Source: Blastocladiella emersonii ATCC 22665 (lineage: Eukaryota > Fungi > Blastocladiomycota). Taken from it: a stretch of DNA of 64,000 nt. The position numbers and the translations under genes are program-made. The notes beneath the pieces were generated by a model. The model made no database searches. It had not been told where the DNA came from and saw only the letters and a program-made list of their open reading frames with translations. This document shows, piece after piece, positions 35,880 to 46,662 of the stretch (positions within the stretch are counted from its first letter, which is position 1; each line of letters opens with the position of its first letter). The stretch is from NCBI GenBank assembly GCA_025594325.1, contig JANHCV010000013.1, positions 1,116,001 to 1,180,000 of the forward strand, read 5' to 3'.

Positions 35880-36043
35880 GGAGTGCGAGCCACTTGAGTC
35901 AGCCCGTCTCTACTTCCGTGCCCCGTTCACACTGATGTTCCCGCCGTTCATCTCTGAAATCTGATTTATCGAATATTTTGCTGATCGACTCGTGTATTGA
36001 GTGTGGCGTGGTTCGCCGGACCATTGCCCGCGAGACGCGTTTG

Positions 36044-36067
36044 GAGACGCGCCGCGATATCATGTGA
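36044..36067 (+). promoter_or_regulatory. Bipartite element variant C (GAGACGCG-N9-CATGTG)
   Basis: gagacgcgccgcgatatcatgtga, ~120 bp upstream of ATG 36184. Confidence 0.55.
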
Positions 36068-36183
36068 TGTTTCAGGAGCACGTGCTCGACGCGTCGAACG
36101 CGGTCCCACGGCGCGGCGCGTTCCGCCTCATCCGCCGCGCTCCTCGCTAACCCTCGACACCCGTCTAATCGTCACTCGCAGCA

Positions 36184-38333
36184 ATGGATGACTACATGCA
36201 TTTAGCGGCCAATGCGCCGCTCACCCTGGCCGATGTGCCGACCGAGCTCTTGACCGTTATGTGCCAGCTCGTCACCCCGAAACGCGCCGCGGCCGCCGCT
36301 TCGAAGTCCTTGCTTCACGCCGTCAAGGAGCGCCCTGTCATGGCTGCATGGTCTCTCCCCAAGATTCTCGAGCTCGGGTCACAAGAACCTGCGAACCAGG
36401 CCGCTGCTGGGTTGACCTTCACCTTCGGATTCTCCTACCCGCCCAGCGCGTATTCCATGATAGCTCCTCTTCATGATGCGAAGAGGTTCAGCGTCCAGAG
36501 TCTACTTTTGCGTCTGAAAAAGACCGAATGTGATGGCACTTGCAAATGCACGCCGGTCGGCGGGTGCAGAGTTCGACACAATGGCCTGCTCGCCGCGTTC
36601 GCTGCTTCCTTCTGCGGCCCGCACCTCTCGAAGCTCGTTTCCGGCAAAAGCGTCGCGCAACTCGCAAACGAGACCCAATCCGGTACTGTTCTCCACCGTG
36701 CCTCGAGCTCCAGAACCAATCTGCCCGCGCTTGCGGACTACATAGAGCTTCTGCTCGTCACCTTTACGACTCAGCGCTACGCGGCCTTTCACCCTTTGCT
36801 CCACGAGATCGCCGAGTTTTCCCCGATGCTGCTGCAGATTACACGGTCGTTGTGCGAGTGGACCGAGCTTGCCGACAAGGATCTTGGAAATTGGCATGAT
36901 ACTGGTTTGTGCAATACTCGTGATTATCGACTGCGACTTGTCCAGTTTCTCGGGTACTCGGCAATCTTACGCTGGAGCTATGCGGCGTTTGCGCCCCTGC
37001 TCGACCCGCGCCTGGGCCTGAATGTGCCCGCGCTCGTTGCGCTGCTCCGGCGCGAGGATATCACTCACCAGGTCGCGGGCGAGTTCCAGAATGCTTCTGT
37101 TCGCACGTTTGTGCCCCGGACACCCGATACCGAACTGCTTGTCCTTGACTGGCTCGCCGCAAATGTCTGGAACAACATGTACGCAGTGGTCGTCACCTCA
37201 CTCCTCACCCGATGCGATTCCAATCAGCCTACACCCTTTGCGAAGTCGCTCGCGAACAAACCTGGTGAAAATGGTGGCTTTTCGTTTGGGGTTCCCGCAA
37301 AAGAGGATTCGAGTCTTATTTCAGACTCCGTTGTCACCAACTGGGTCGGCTTGATGAATGCGCACCTCGGCGACGAGCAATGGGTCGCAATGGTCAACGA
37401 GGGTACGATTTGTCAAGTAGTTGCCGGATCGATCGAGTGTCGACTGACACTTGAAGCCTCTGTGTAGTGATTCGCGTTGCGTTCATGACACAACAGGGCA
37501 ACCAGCATCGGCAGAAACTGATTCTTTCCCCGGTGCATCTGCAAGTCTTGGTCCGTTCAGCGTCCGAGTTGGATTTCGAGGGTTTCAACAATGCTTTCGT
37601 CGAGGCCCTTCTTCACTGCGTCAGTACCTCCGGCAACTCGCTACTTTTCGCCCTCACGCGCCTGCTCGGCCATCGCGTGATCGCGGAGCCCATCGATCTG
37701 CTTTTCATCGCGAGCCAGGTATTCCAGCGCGTCGACTACGAGACCCATGTCTTGCCTGCTGGATCTTCGATTATATTTGCTTTCGTCGCCACGGCGGCCA
37801 TCAGCTCGGCGAGTACGCGCGCCGAGGCTCTCGAAATCATCTCCCAGACCGGCACTGCGGCATGCTGGCTCACGGAAATGCTCTGGACTTCAGTGAGCCG
37901 CCAGGTCCAGTCCAATCTCACTTGCCCGGGTCTCACGCTCTGCACCAAGTGTCCCTTCACCCATCAGCTTGCGTTCCGTGACGCGCTCACGGCTCTACTT
38001 GATCGGTTCCCGCCCGTGGTGCGCAGCATTGGGATGGAGCGCGATCGCAAGCCCCCGGAAGGTTCTTTTGACCGAACCTGCCGTGTGCTTGTCAACGACT
38101 TGGACAAGTCGCTTCGCCACGAGGCGAGCTATGGGTACCATAGTACCGGCTGCTGCGCTACCCAGGCACCACATGGTGGCCCGACACGCTTCCTGCTCAA
38201 ATCCTTTGTCCGCGCCGATCCGCAGTGGGTGCCTGCCTTCATCGAGGCACACCGCCCCGTTCCGTCGTACCTGCTTGACGCTCTCTCCGTCGCGTCGCGC
38301 AACAACGAGCCCGCTTCTCTTCGTGGTGAGTAG
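36184..38333 (+). CDS. Two-exon F-box-like protein, subfamily II (~694 aa, intact)
   Basis: LTLADVPTELLTVMCQL. Intron 37403-37467 (1219+866 nt = 695 codons). CTKCPF, GCC and FVRADPQW motifs. Confidence 0.85.
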
Positions 38334-38543
38334 GGTTGCTCTTGCACAAGAAATTCAAGCAAATCGCCCTCGTTCATTTCACTCAAACTTCTCTGCTGTT
38401 CGCAAACTATAACAATTGACTTTCACATCTGCGTTACGACTAAATCGGGATCATTCGGTATCCGAGGAGTGAGATCGCGAGGAGCTCGGACGATGAAATA
38501 GTCGCGAACGATAGCTTGGTGAGGCGCCGACGAGACGCGTTCG

Positions 38544-38567
38544 GAGACGCGTTGAGAAATCATGTGA
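38544..38567 (+). promoter_or_regulatory. Bipartite element variant C
   Basis: gagacgcgttgagaaatcatgtga, ~100 bp upstream of ATG 38663. Confidence 0.55.
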
Positions 38568-38629
38568 TGCGGGGATGACGACGAAGAACGCGCGCGGTCA
38601 AGCGAGTTCACGTCGACCGCAGACTCCCA

Positions 38630-40992
38630 ATGCGACCACACGTCCAGAATGAACCCTTGAACATGAATGACTCTATGCAACGGAATGAAGACTCCCCGGT
38701 AACGCTGAGCGACGTGCCGTCCGAGATCTTGACACTTATGTGCCATCTCGTCCGACCGCGTCACACGGTCGCGACCGCCTCAAGTTTACTGAGTGCGACT
38801 ATCGCGGGGCGTCCCGTGCACTTCACTTGGGCACTCTGCGAGATGTCGCGGATTATCAAAAGCCCCTGTTTGAAAGCTGTGAGCGAGCTCAAGCGAAACC
38901 CGCCGCGCGACGCAAGCGTGAAAGCCGTCAAAACTTTTCTTATCGACGCTGATCGGGCAGAGTGGTATTGTTACCCAGCCTCAGCGCAGCACACGCATCA
39001 GCGGGCGCTCAACAACGCACTGCTTGGTTCGTTTACAACCTCGGTCTGCGACCCGCGGCTGGCGAGCCTCGTGCGAGGCAAGGGCGCGGAGCAGCTCGCC
39101 ACTCAAATTCGCGCCGAGCTCGCCGGTAACTCGAGCTCTCGGTTGTCCGGGCCTGCCCTTGCCGTCTACTTGTTGCTCCTGTTCAGCACAGTTGCCAGTG
39201 GACGCACTTTAGCCTATAAGCTGCTGCTTTCGCAGGTACTCGAGGCATGTCCGATACTCTTGCAAGTGTCGCTGACGTGGTCCGAGTGGAATACAAGGGC
39301 GCTCCATGCACTCGCGCTGCCAGCGGAACAAGGCGGCTTTAGGGTCCGAACCAGCGACTTGCCGACTCAACCATTGCGCCTACCCGAATTTCTCGCTTAC
39401 ACGGCGGTTGCGTGGTGGAACTTGGATACACTCGAGCCCTTACTCGATCCGCGCGTGGGACTCGACATGCCCACCTTGCTTGCGCTCCTAAAGCACAAGT
39501 ACGTTGCCTTTGTGATCGTTACGTGCTTCCCCGTCTCGCATCTCCGATTGCGGCTTCGGGGGCGACCCAATCCGTCACACAGGTTCTCGATTGGCTCGCC
39601 GAGCGCGGCTGGACCAACACGGCCGCGGCGGAGTTGGGCTCGCTCGTGGCCCGCATTGCCTGCTGTGGGTCGGCTGCTTTCTTTCACGCACTCGATTATC
39701 ACACGCAGCTTGTCATGGACGGTCTGAATCTGGATGACATGGGACGCATTGGGAGGCACATTCTCTCACGGCTTGGGGAGCCGCCTTTTGTCACTCCTGC
39801 TCAGTTTGCAAAAGTTCTTGGGAACGACTTGATCAGCATGGATCCTTGGGATTGGGGCCGAGCACTGGCTCGAGCACTTCAGAATTGTCCAGAGATAGCA
39901 GGCTTGATTTGCGAGCACCTCAGCAACTCAATGCGGTTCGACACAGTGACCAGTGGTGCGTGTACGTTTAACGGTAGAAACGCAACGGCCTCACTTCACA
40001 TTGGCGTTGTCTAGCGCTCTACATAACGCTCACGGAGCGAATGCTGCGATCCGGGGCAGCTCGTGACCCCCGCCCTCCAAAGGACCCCACGCTTTTGCAG
40101 TCCATCGTCCGATTTGCGCGCGACTCGGGACCTGGCGACCTTTCCAAACAATTCAGCGCATCCGTTCTGTCCTGCGCCTCGCCGGGCGACGCGCTCGCAC
40201 ACTTTCTTGACTGCGACATGGTTGCTGACCCAGTAGATCTCGTTTCAATCGTGAGCGAGGTCGCGAGACGTTCTGGGAACACGACGACGAATCTCGTTCC
40301 CGCGACCCGTTCAATTGCTTGGCTCTCTGTTGTCGCGTTTAGCTTGACGGCTTTCCGTGATCGCGCACTTGACATTGTGGCCAAATCAAACAGCGCGTCA
40401 TGCTGGCTTGACGCGATGCTTTGGTCCTTCACGATGTGGAGCCCGAAGGGCACCCCCACTCACTCTCATTTCACGGCGCCCGGACTCTCTTTTGACCCAA
40501 GCCTGCCTCTCACGCACCAAACCGCATGGCGCGACGCGCTGTCCTCACTTCTCGCACGATTCCCTGCTGCACCTCGCAACGTTGGCATGGAGCGGTACCG
40601 CAAGGAGCCAAACTCCCCACTTTGTTGAACGGTCGCTGATCCATCACCTGGCCAAAATGTTCTCGCTTGAATCCACTGACGACATGACCGAGATCGGACC
40701 GATTCGGCACATGCTCGAGTCGTTTGCGCGGGCGGATCCGCAGTGGGTTGTTTCGTATATCAAGGTGCACCACCCCGTGCCGGGCACGTTGCTGCGCGCG
40801 TTTCATCAAAGGATTCTCGACGGTCTCGTGAGCGTTCACGAGCTCGCGCAGCTTGCCGCCGCTGGTGGTGGAACCCCGGAGTACGTTGACGGGCTCGCGT
40901 GGCTGGCACCCGAGGTGACAACAGACCCTCGCTTCGCTGACCTCGTTCAAGCTGCTACGGCTGTGGTTGTGGCTTCGTCGTGGGACGAATGA
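38630..40992 (+). CDS. Two-exon F-box-like protein, subfamily II (two frameshifts)
   Basis: MNDSMQ..VTLSDVPSEILTLMCHL. Intron 39956-40014. Frame breaks at C4 runs 39529-39532 and 40615-40618. FARADPQW present. Pseudogene or sequencing error. Confidence 0.75.
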
Positions 40993-41088
40993 CGCGACAT
41001 GTGCACGACGCTCAATTAATCGAACGATCATCTCTACCCTCTACTGCTTTTCATGTGCGACGCAGCCGAAACATGTGGCGCTCCTCGT

Positions 41089-41110
41089 CACGTGAGTGGC
41101 GCGACGCGTC
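41089..41110 (-). promoter_or_regulatory. Bipartite element variant B
   Basis: cacgtgagtggcgcgacgcgtc. Confidence 0.5.
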
Positions 41111-41302
41111 GAGTTCCCCTTACCTCGCGTGTACGGCCATGCGAGGTGGTAAAGTTGAATGTGTCTGAATTTTCGCAGCAGTTGTTGGTAGAGTTCGAGC
41201 TCCAGGCAGCCTTCTGCGCCCATTTCTTCACTGAGTCCTCGATAGCGTCGTCAAAGTTCACGACCTGGCTCAGCTTGAATGTTGCCTTCAGCCACGCAGA
41301 TT

Positions 41303-41304
<2 letters not shown>

Positions 41305-41346
<42 letters not shown>
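41305..41346 (+). repeat. (GCGGAC)7 microsatellite
   Basis: Seven perfect hexamer units. Confidence 0.95.
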
Positions 41347-41347
<1 letters not shown>

Positions 41348-41349
41348 GG

Positions 41350-41660
41350 ATTGCTGCCCGCATTGGCAGCGCCCTTGCGGCAGTTTTGCAAGGACGAGCT
41401 CGGCGGTGGCCAGCGTGCCAGCGTCGCTGGCTCGCTCTCCACGCAACTTCTCACCTTCAATCGCATCAAACGCACCGCAGCCGCCGCCATCGTGGACGCG
41501 CTGCTCGTTGCGCGGTTCAAGCGGATGGACGGCCACCAGCGCAAGCTCACCACCGACCCACGTTTCGCGCTCCCTGCCGCGGCGGTCATCGTCTCGAACA
41601 CCAACCGGGAGCACGTGTGGCGCCGGCGCTGCAACAAAACGCTTTTTTTTCACGGCGCAT
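41350..41660 (+). pseudogene. Possible Helitron/PIF1 helicase fragment (region after motif IV)
   Basis: ..KLTTDPRFALPAAAVIVSNTNREHV resembles the DPxF..A..IV..N..R segment of Helitron helicases. Weak, by eye only. Confidence 0.3.
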
Positions 41661-41895
41661 GCGCCCTACGTAGCGCGGCTTGAGACCTCGATTGAAAAAA
41701 ACCAAACGCGAAGCGTTTAGGTGGCTCGCGCATAATCCAACGTTCATCTCGTGTGGTCACACGAGAGGGGCATCGCGTCGTTGAAGCTACGAATGTGACG
41801 CGACACGCCTCAGCAGCTCGCATTACTGGCGAAAATGACTCGAACACAAAGTTGTATCAGGTCACAAAACGGATCACATGAGATGGCACTTATCG

Positions 41896-43146
41896 TTAGA
41901 CGGTCGGGCGAGCGCTAACCCCCGCCTTGCGCGTCGCGGTGGGGAGACCGGCCGAAGAAAACGGGGGCGGCGGAGTCGGCGAGCCAGGGAGGAAGATGAT
42001 GGACTCGACGACCCGACCACGGCGAGTGTCGTGTGATGAAACGGGAAGGTAGAGATCGGCGGGCGCAGGTTCGGCGGCGAGGTAGAGGCTCGCGGTGGCC
42101 GACTCGGTGTGGAGTTGAGCAGGTCGAGGATCTGCGGGAGACCGCTCGATCGAGGTAGACGCGACTGGTGCGCGCGACAAAGCCGAGGACGAGTCGCTGC
42201 CGCGCGCGGGCTTTTCGTCCAGCTCATCCCGCGAGCGTCGGAGTCCGCGCCGGATGAAGCATCCACCGATGGCGAGGACAAGCACAGCGAGAACGGAGCC
42301 GACGACGACGATGAGGGCGAGCGGGAACCCCGCGTCGTCGTTGGCCGCGGCAGCCGGCGCAGGCACGGGGCACACGGTCGGGAGGCTCATGAGCGGCGAG
42401 TTGCGCTCAGCGAAGCAGGGCCCGTCGCGCTTGGTGGCCGTGTAGCAGGAGAACTTGTTGCCCTCCTTGTCTTCGCCGTTGAACAGGGTGCAGTCGGTGC
42501 TACGGGAGGTACGTAGGTTTGTGAGAGCGAGTCCACGCGGCGGACTGCGAAGCGCGTGCGTACATGGACTGCGGGAGGATCGGGAGCTCACCGGAAAACT
42601 CGTTCGAGTACAGCTCCCTACACACGCGCGACGAGGGTCAGTCGAGCGGCTCCGGCAGTGGAGGGGAGCGAGCACGTACAGGCGCTTGAGGTCGACGAGG
42701 TTCGAGAGCGAGCTGGGCAGCGGGCCGCGAAGCCCGTTGAACGAGAGGACCCTGCAGTGCCGCGACAGTCAGTGCGCGAGCGGCGAGATCGACTCAGATG
42801 CAAGGCGTACAGAATCTCGAGCTTGCGCAGGTCCCCGATCGAGGCGGGGATCGAGCCCTGCAGGTTGTTGTTGGTCAAATAGAGCACCTCGAGCGAGTTG
42901 AGGGTGCCGATCGAGTCCGGGATCGTGCCGGTAAGTGGGCCGTTGTACAGCTGCCTGCAGATCGAGTCAGATCAACTTACACAGCTGGCGGAACGTCGTG
43001 AGCGACAAAGCAGACGCGTACAGGCTAACGAGCCGACCGTCGCGGCATCTGACGCCGGGCCACTTGCAGCAGTCCGAATCGGCCGGCTTCGCGCCAGGGA
43101 CGAACTGAAAGTCGTTGGCGACGACGGCGCAGTCGGCGATCGGCAT
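41896..43146 (-). CDS. LRR receptor-like single-pass protein, paralog 1
   Basis: LRRNT-like cap DCCKWPGVRC. Plant-type LRRs LxLxxNxLxGxIPxxIGxL. LRR exons 42811-42954 (144 nt) and 42680-42751 (72 nt). TM LALIVVVGSVLAVLVLAIGGCFI then RRGLRR. No kinase, no signal peptide. Confidence 0.85.
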
Positions 43147-43631
43147 GGTGGATCAACGGCGGCTCGCGGGCAGCATATCAGCGGGGCTCGCGGGGGAGCG
43201 CGGGCCCGCCACGGCGCCCAAGGCGCTTGTGTTCCATGAGTTCCATCAGTTGCGTGGGTTTCGTTTGCACGCAGCAAGCGAGCTGGACACGGGCGTCGGC
43301 GTGGGCCCACGCGGGCTCGGCGGCGGCGGCCAGTGCGGCCGTGGGCGAAGCGCCACTCACGTTCGCACGGCGTGATGTCTCGCGCCGTGTCTCCGCCCTC
43401 TGATTGCTCTTAATTAATGGTCCAGCGAGGCGGTCCACGCGACGCGCTCGACATCAGCTTCACTTGCGCGTGGGTAAGGCAATACAGAGTGCAAGTCTAT
43501 CACGAAACCGGCAGCGGGCAGCGGACAGCGGGCAGCGGGTGCGGACTCCACCTCATCGATCCGCGTGATTCAAGGAATGTAGAACGCAAATTTATACCAA
43601 AACCGGCTGTGGCAGCCGCGAACTCGCAACC

Positions 43632-44676
43632 TCACCGCTCCACTGGCGGCGGCTCCCTGCGCCGCACCAGCGGCAACCCATCCCCGCTCCCCGCGACGGG
43701 GCGGCTCCAGTCGAGGTACGTCCTGATCCCGTCGTCGGTCACCGCCGACGACGCGACCGACCGGATGCTCGACCGGGACCGGCCGGGGTAGATCCAGGAG
43801 CTGGTCGTATCCTGGCCGACGGACGACGTGCGCGTGCGGGTGCGGAACGAGGCGTTGTCGCTCATGCGCCACGTGGGGTAGTAGGGTTTCTCGTCGTCCA
43901 GCTCCCGTCTCGAGCGCTGGCGGCGGCGGTAGAACAGGTACGCGGCGATGGCGAGGATGAGCAACGCGGCGGCGCCGGCGGCGACGGGGATGAGCGGGAA
44001 ATTTGAGGTCGCGGCGGGTGGGTCGGTTGTTGAGAGGGGGAGGGGGGCGGGGCACGCGGTGGGCAGGGATTGGAGCGGCGAGTTGTGGTCGGCGAAGCAC
44101 GGGCCGGAGCGGTTGGTCGCGGGAGTGCAGGCGAAGCTGTTGCGCTCGGTGTTACCGGCGAGCAGAGTACAGTTGACGCTACGGGGTAGGCGTCAGCTGG
44201 AGGGGACGCGTGCGATGATGGAAGAGAGCACGGACATGGACAGCGGCAGGACCGGGAGCTCGCCGGACAGGTCGTTTGCGGAAAGATCCCTACATGGGTG
44301 CGTCAATCTCCGTTCGCGCGGAACACTGACCGAAACAACGCGTACAGTCGCTTGAGGCCGACGAGGTTCGCAATCGAGCGCGGGACCGATCCGTGCAGAC
44401 TGTTTTTGCGCAGGTCCAGCCCCTCGAGCGCGTCGAGCGAACCGAGCGACGCCGGGATGCTGCCCGTGAGCGTGCCGTTGGCGAGCTTTCTACTCGGGGC
44501 ACACCGCGAGTGAGCAACCGTCCATGAACGCGAGTCAGCAGCGAGGCGTACAGCTCGACAATCCGGCCGCCGCAACACTCAACCCCAGGCCACTCGCAGC
44601 AGTCCGTCCCCGTGGGCTTGGCGCCGGGTGCGAACTGCAGGTCGGTGGCGACTAGGCCGCAGTCGGCGGTAGGCAT
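43632..44676 (-). CDS. LRR receptor-like single-pass protein, paralog 2
   Basis: DCCEWPGVEC cap. 144-nt LRR exon 44346-44489. CFADHNSPLQSLPTACP ~ CFAERNSPLMSLPTVCP. TM VAAGAAALLILAIAAYLFY then RRRQR. Confidence 0.85.
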
Positions 44677-44946
44677 GGCGGCGGAGTGCGGCGAGTCCGG
44701 CAGCGGCGGCAGTGTTCCATGGAGTGCGTGGGTCGATGCATGTTGCTGCGAGAGGCGCAGAGCAGGGTCGGCAGACAGGGCACGCACCGGTTCAAAGGAA
44801 CGGAACGAGCGCCATCGACGCAGAGCGCCACAGCGGGCGCCGCTCACGTTCCCCACTTTTGAACGGCGCAACGTCGACGCGACCCGCTCTCTCAAACGAC
44901 GGCTGCTGCCCATGCATCTCTCCACCAGCTAACTTGCAGCAGCAAC

Positions 44947-46522
44947 ATGGCATCAACCTCATCCGCCAATGACCCGCTGCCGGCGCCCGTGTTCACGTCC
45001 GTGACCGTCCCCGCCATGTGCGAGGTGCGGCTGGACGTGCCGTTCGGCCACGTCGTGACGCTCAAGGTACCCGCACTACTTCTTGATCGATTCGATTCGC
45101 CTAGCCCTAACAGTGTGCGTGTAGTGCACGTCCGGCCTCGCCGAGATCCACGGCGCCGAACTCGCCGACCGCGTCAGCTACGACCTGCCGCCGGGCGCGC
45201 GCGTGAGCGTGTTCACGTACGCCGGGTGCACGCTCGACATTGCCTCCCCGCGCGCCCTGCCGCGCGCGTCGGGGGTCACCGTCTCCGCGGAACTCGACGC
45301 GACCGCGGCCGCCGTCGCCAAGTGGACGGTCCCGCCGCCCGTCCCGCAATCCCAGACCGTCGCGGTCGCGAACCTGCACGTCGCGCTCGAACGCGTGCGC
45401 GAGGCGCGCGGGATCGGCCCGCGCGTGATGGTGGTCGGGGCCGCGGATGCAGGCAAGTCGGCGACGGCGAAAACGCTGGCCAACTACGCGGTCAAGGTGG
45501 GCCGCGCGCCGCTGTTTGTCGACGTGAACCCCGAGTTCCCCTCGGTATCGATCCCGGGCACGCTCGCGGTGCACCCGCTCGCGGCGCCCATGGATATCGG
45601 GCTCGGCCACTCGTCGGCGTCCGCGGCAACCGTTGCGAGTGCCGTCGGCGCGGTCCCGCTGCTGTTCTGGTACGGCAGCGAGAGTCTGGTTGACCGGCAA
45701 GAGGGGCAGCCCGCCAAGCTCGGCGAGCGCGCCGACGTGTACCGCGCCGCGTGCCGAGCCGTCGCGGGCGCCGTCGAGGAGAAGTGCGCGGCGGACGCGG
45801 CGAGCCGCGCGGGCGGCGTGATTGTGGATACCCCCGGCGATCTGCCCGCGGGCGAGGTCGAGTTTCTTGTCAAGCTGTTCAAGAGTACGTTTTCCTCGCT
45901 ACTTCACCCGGCACCGCTCACGTCTGAGACATAATCGTGTAGTCGACATCGTGGTCCACCTGACCCCGACCGCGCCCGCCTCCCCCTTGACCCTCCCCTC
46001 CTCCTCCGCGCAACTCCTCGCGATCCCGCCCGTCCCCGGCGCCTCCCCGAAAGACCGCGCGTACCGCACGCGCCTGCGTCTGCAGGTGATCCGCGAGTAC
46101 TTTTACGGCCCGCACCCGGCGTCGCCGCGCCACGCGCTGACCCCGCACAACATCCAGGTCCCGCTGTCGATCCTGCGCGTCGCGCGGGTCGCGGGGGACG
46201 GTTTGGGGACGACGGCGGTGACCGAGGGCAGCAACGTCGTGCACAGCGTGCTCGCGCTCAGCGCGGTGCCTGACGCCGCGACGCCCGCGGTGCCGGTGGA
46301 TGCGCGGGAGGTGACGGGGATGCATGTGCTTGGGTTCGTCTACGTGTACGTTCTCCCTCTCCCTCGTCGCGACGGCGGATCAGACGCTGACATCTTGGGG
46401 GTGTGTGTAGGTCCGAGTTCCACGCGGCGCGCGGCAAGCTCGACCTACTCGTCCCGCTGCCCGGCCGCCTGCCGCGCAAGACGCTGGTCGCGGGCACCGT
46501 CAAGTGGATGGAGCTGTCCTAA
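44947..46522 (+). CDS. CLP1: mRNA cleavage and polyadenylation factor Clp1
   Basis: VTLK|CTSGLAEIHGAEL..VFTYAGCTL. P-loop GPRVMVVGAADAGKS; LANYAVKVGRAPLFVD; GVIVDTPG; IREYFYG. About three introns. Stop TAA 46520-22 overlaps AATAAA. Confidence 0.9.
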
Positions 46523-46662
46523 TAAAACGGAGATGCCTGTGCATGCATGATCACTCGTTCGCTGCCGATCGGTTGCGGCGGGGAACTCGTTTGGCGGAAA
46601 GCGCGACGCTCACACGCGGCCGGGCCCTTCCCCCCCTCCCCCCGTACCATGAATCAAACACC

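Noticed and set aside
33552-40992. Toxin-antitoxin or operon-like ORF pairs with abutting stop/start (e.g. 37467)
   Set aside because: A conserved GT-AG intron joins each pair in frame; they are single eukaryotic genes.
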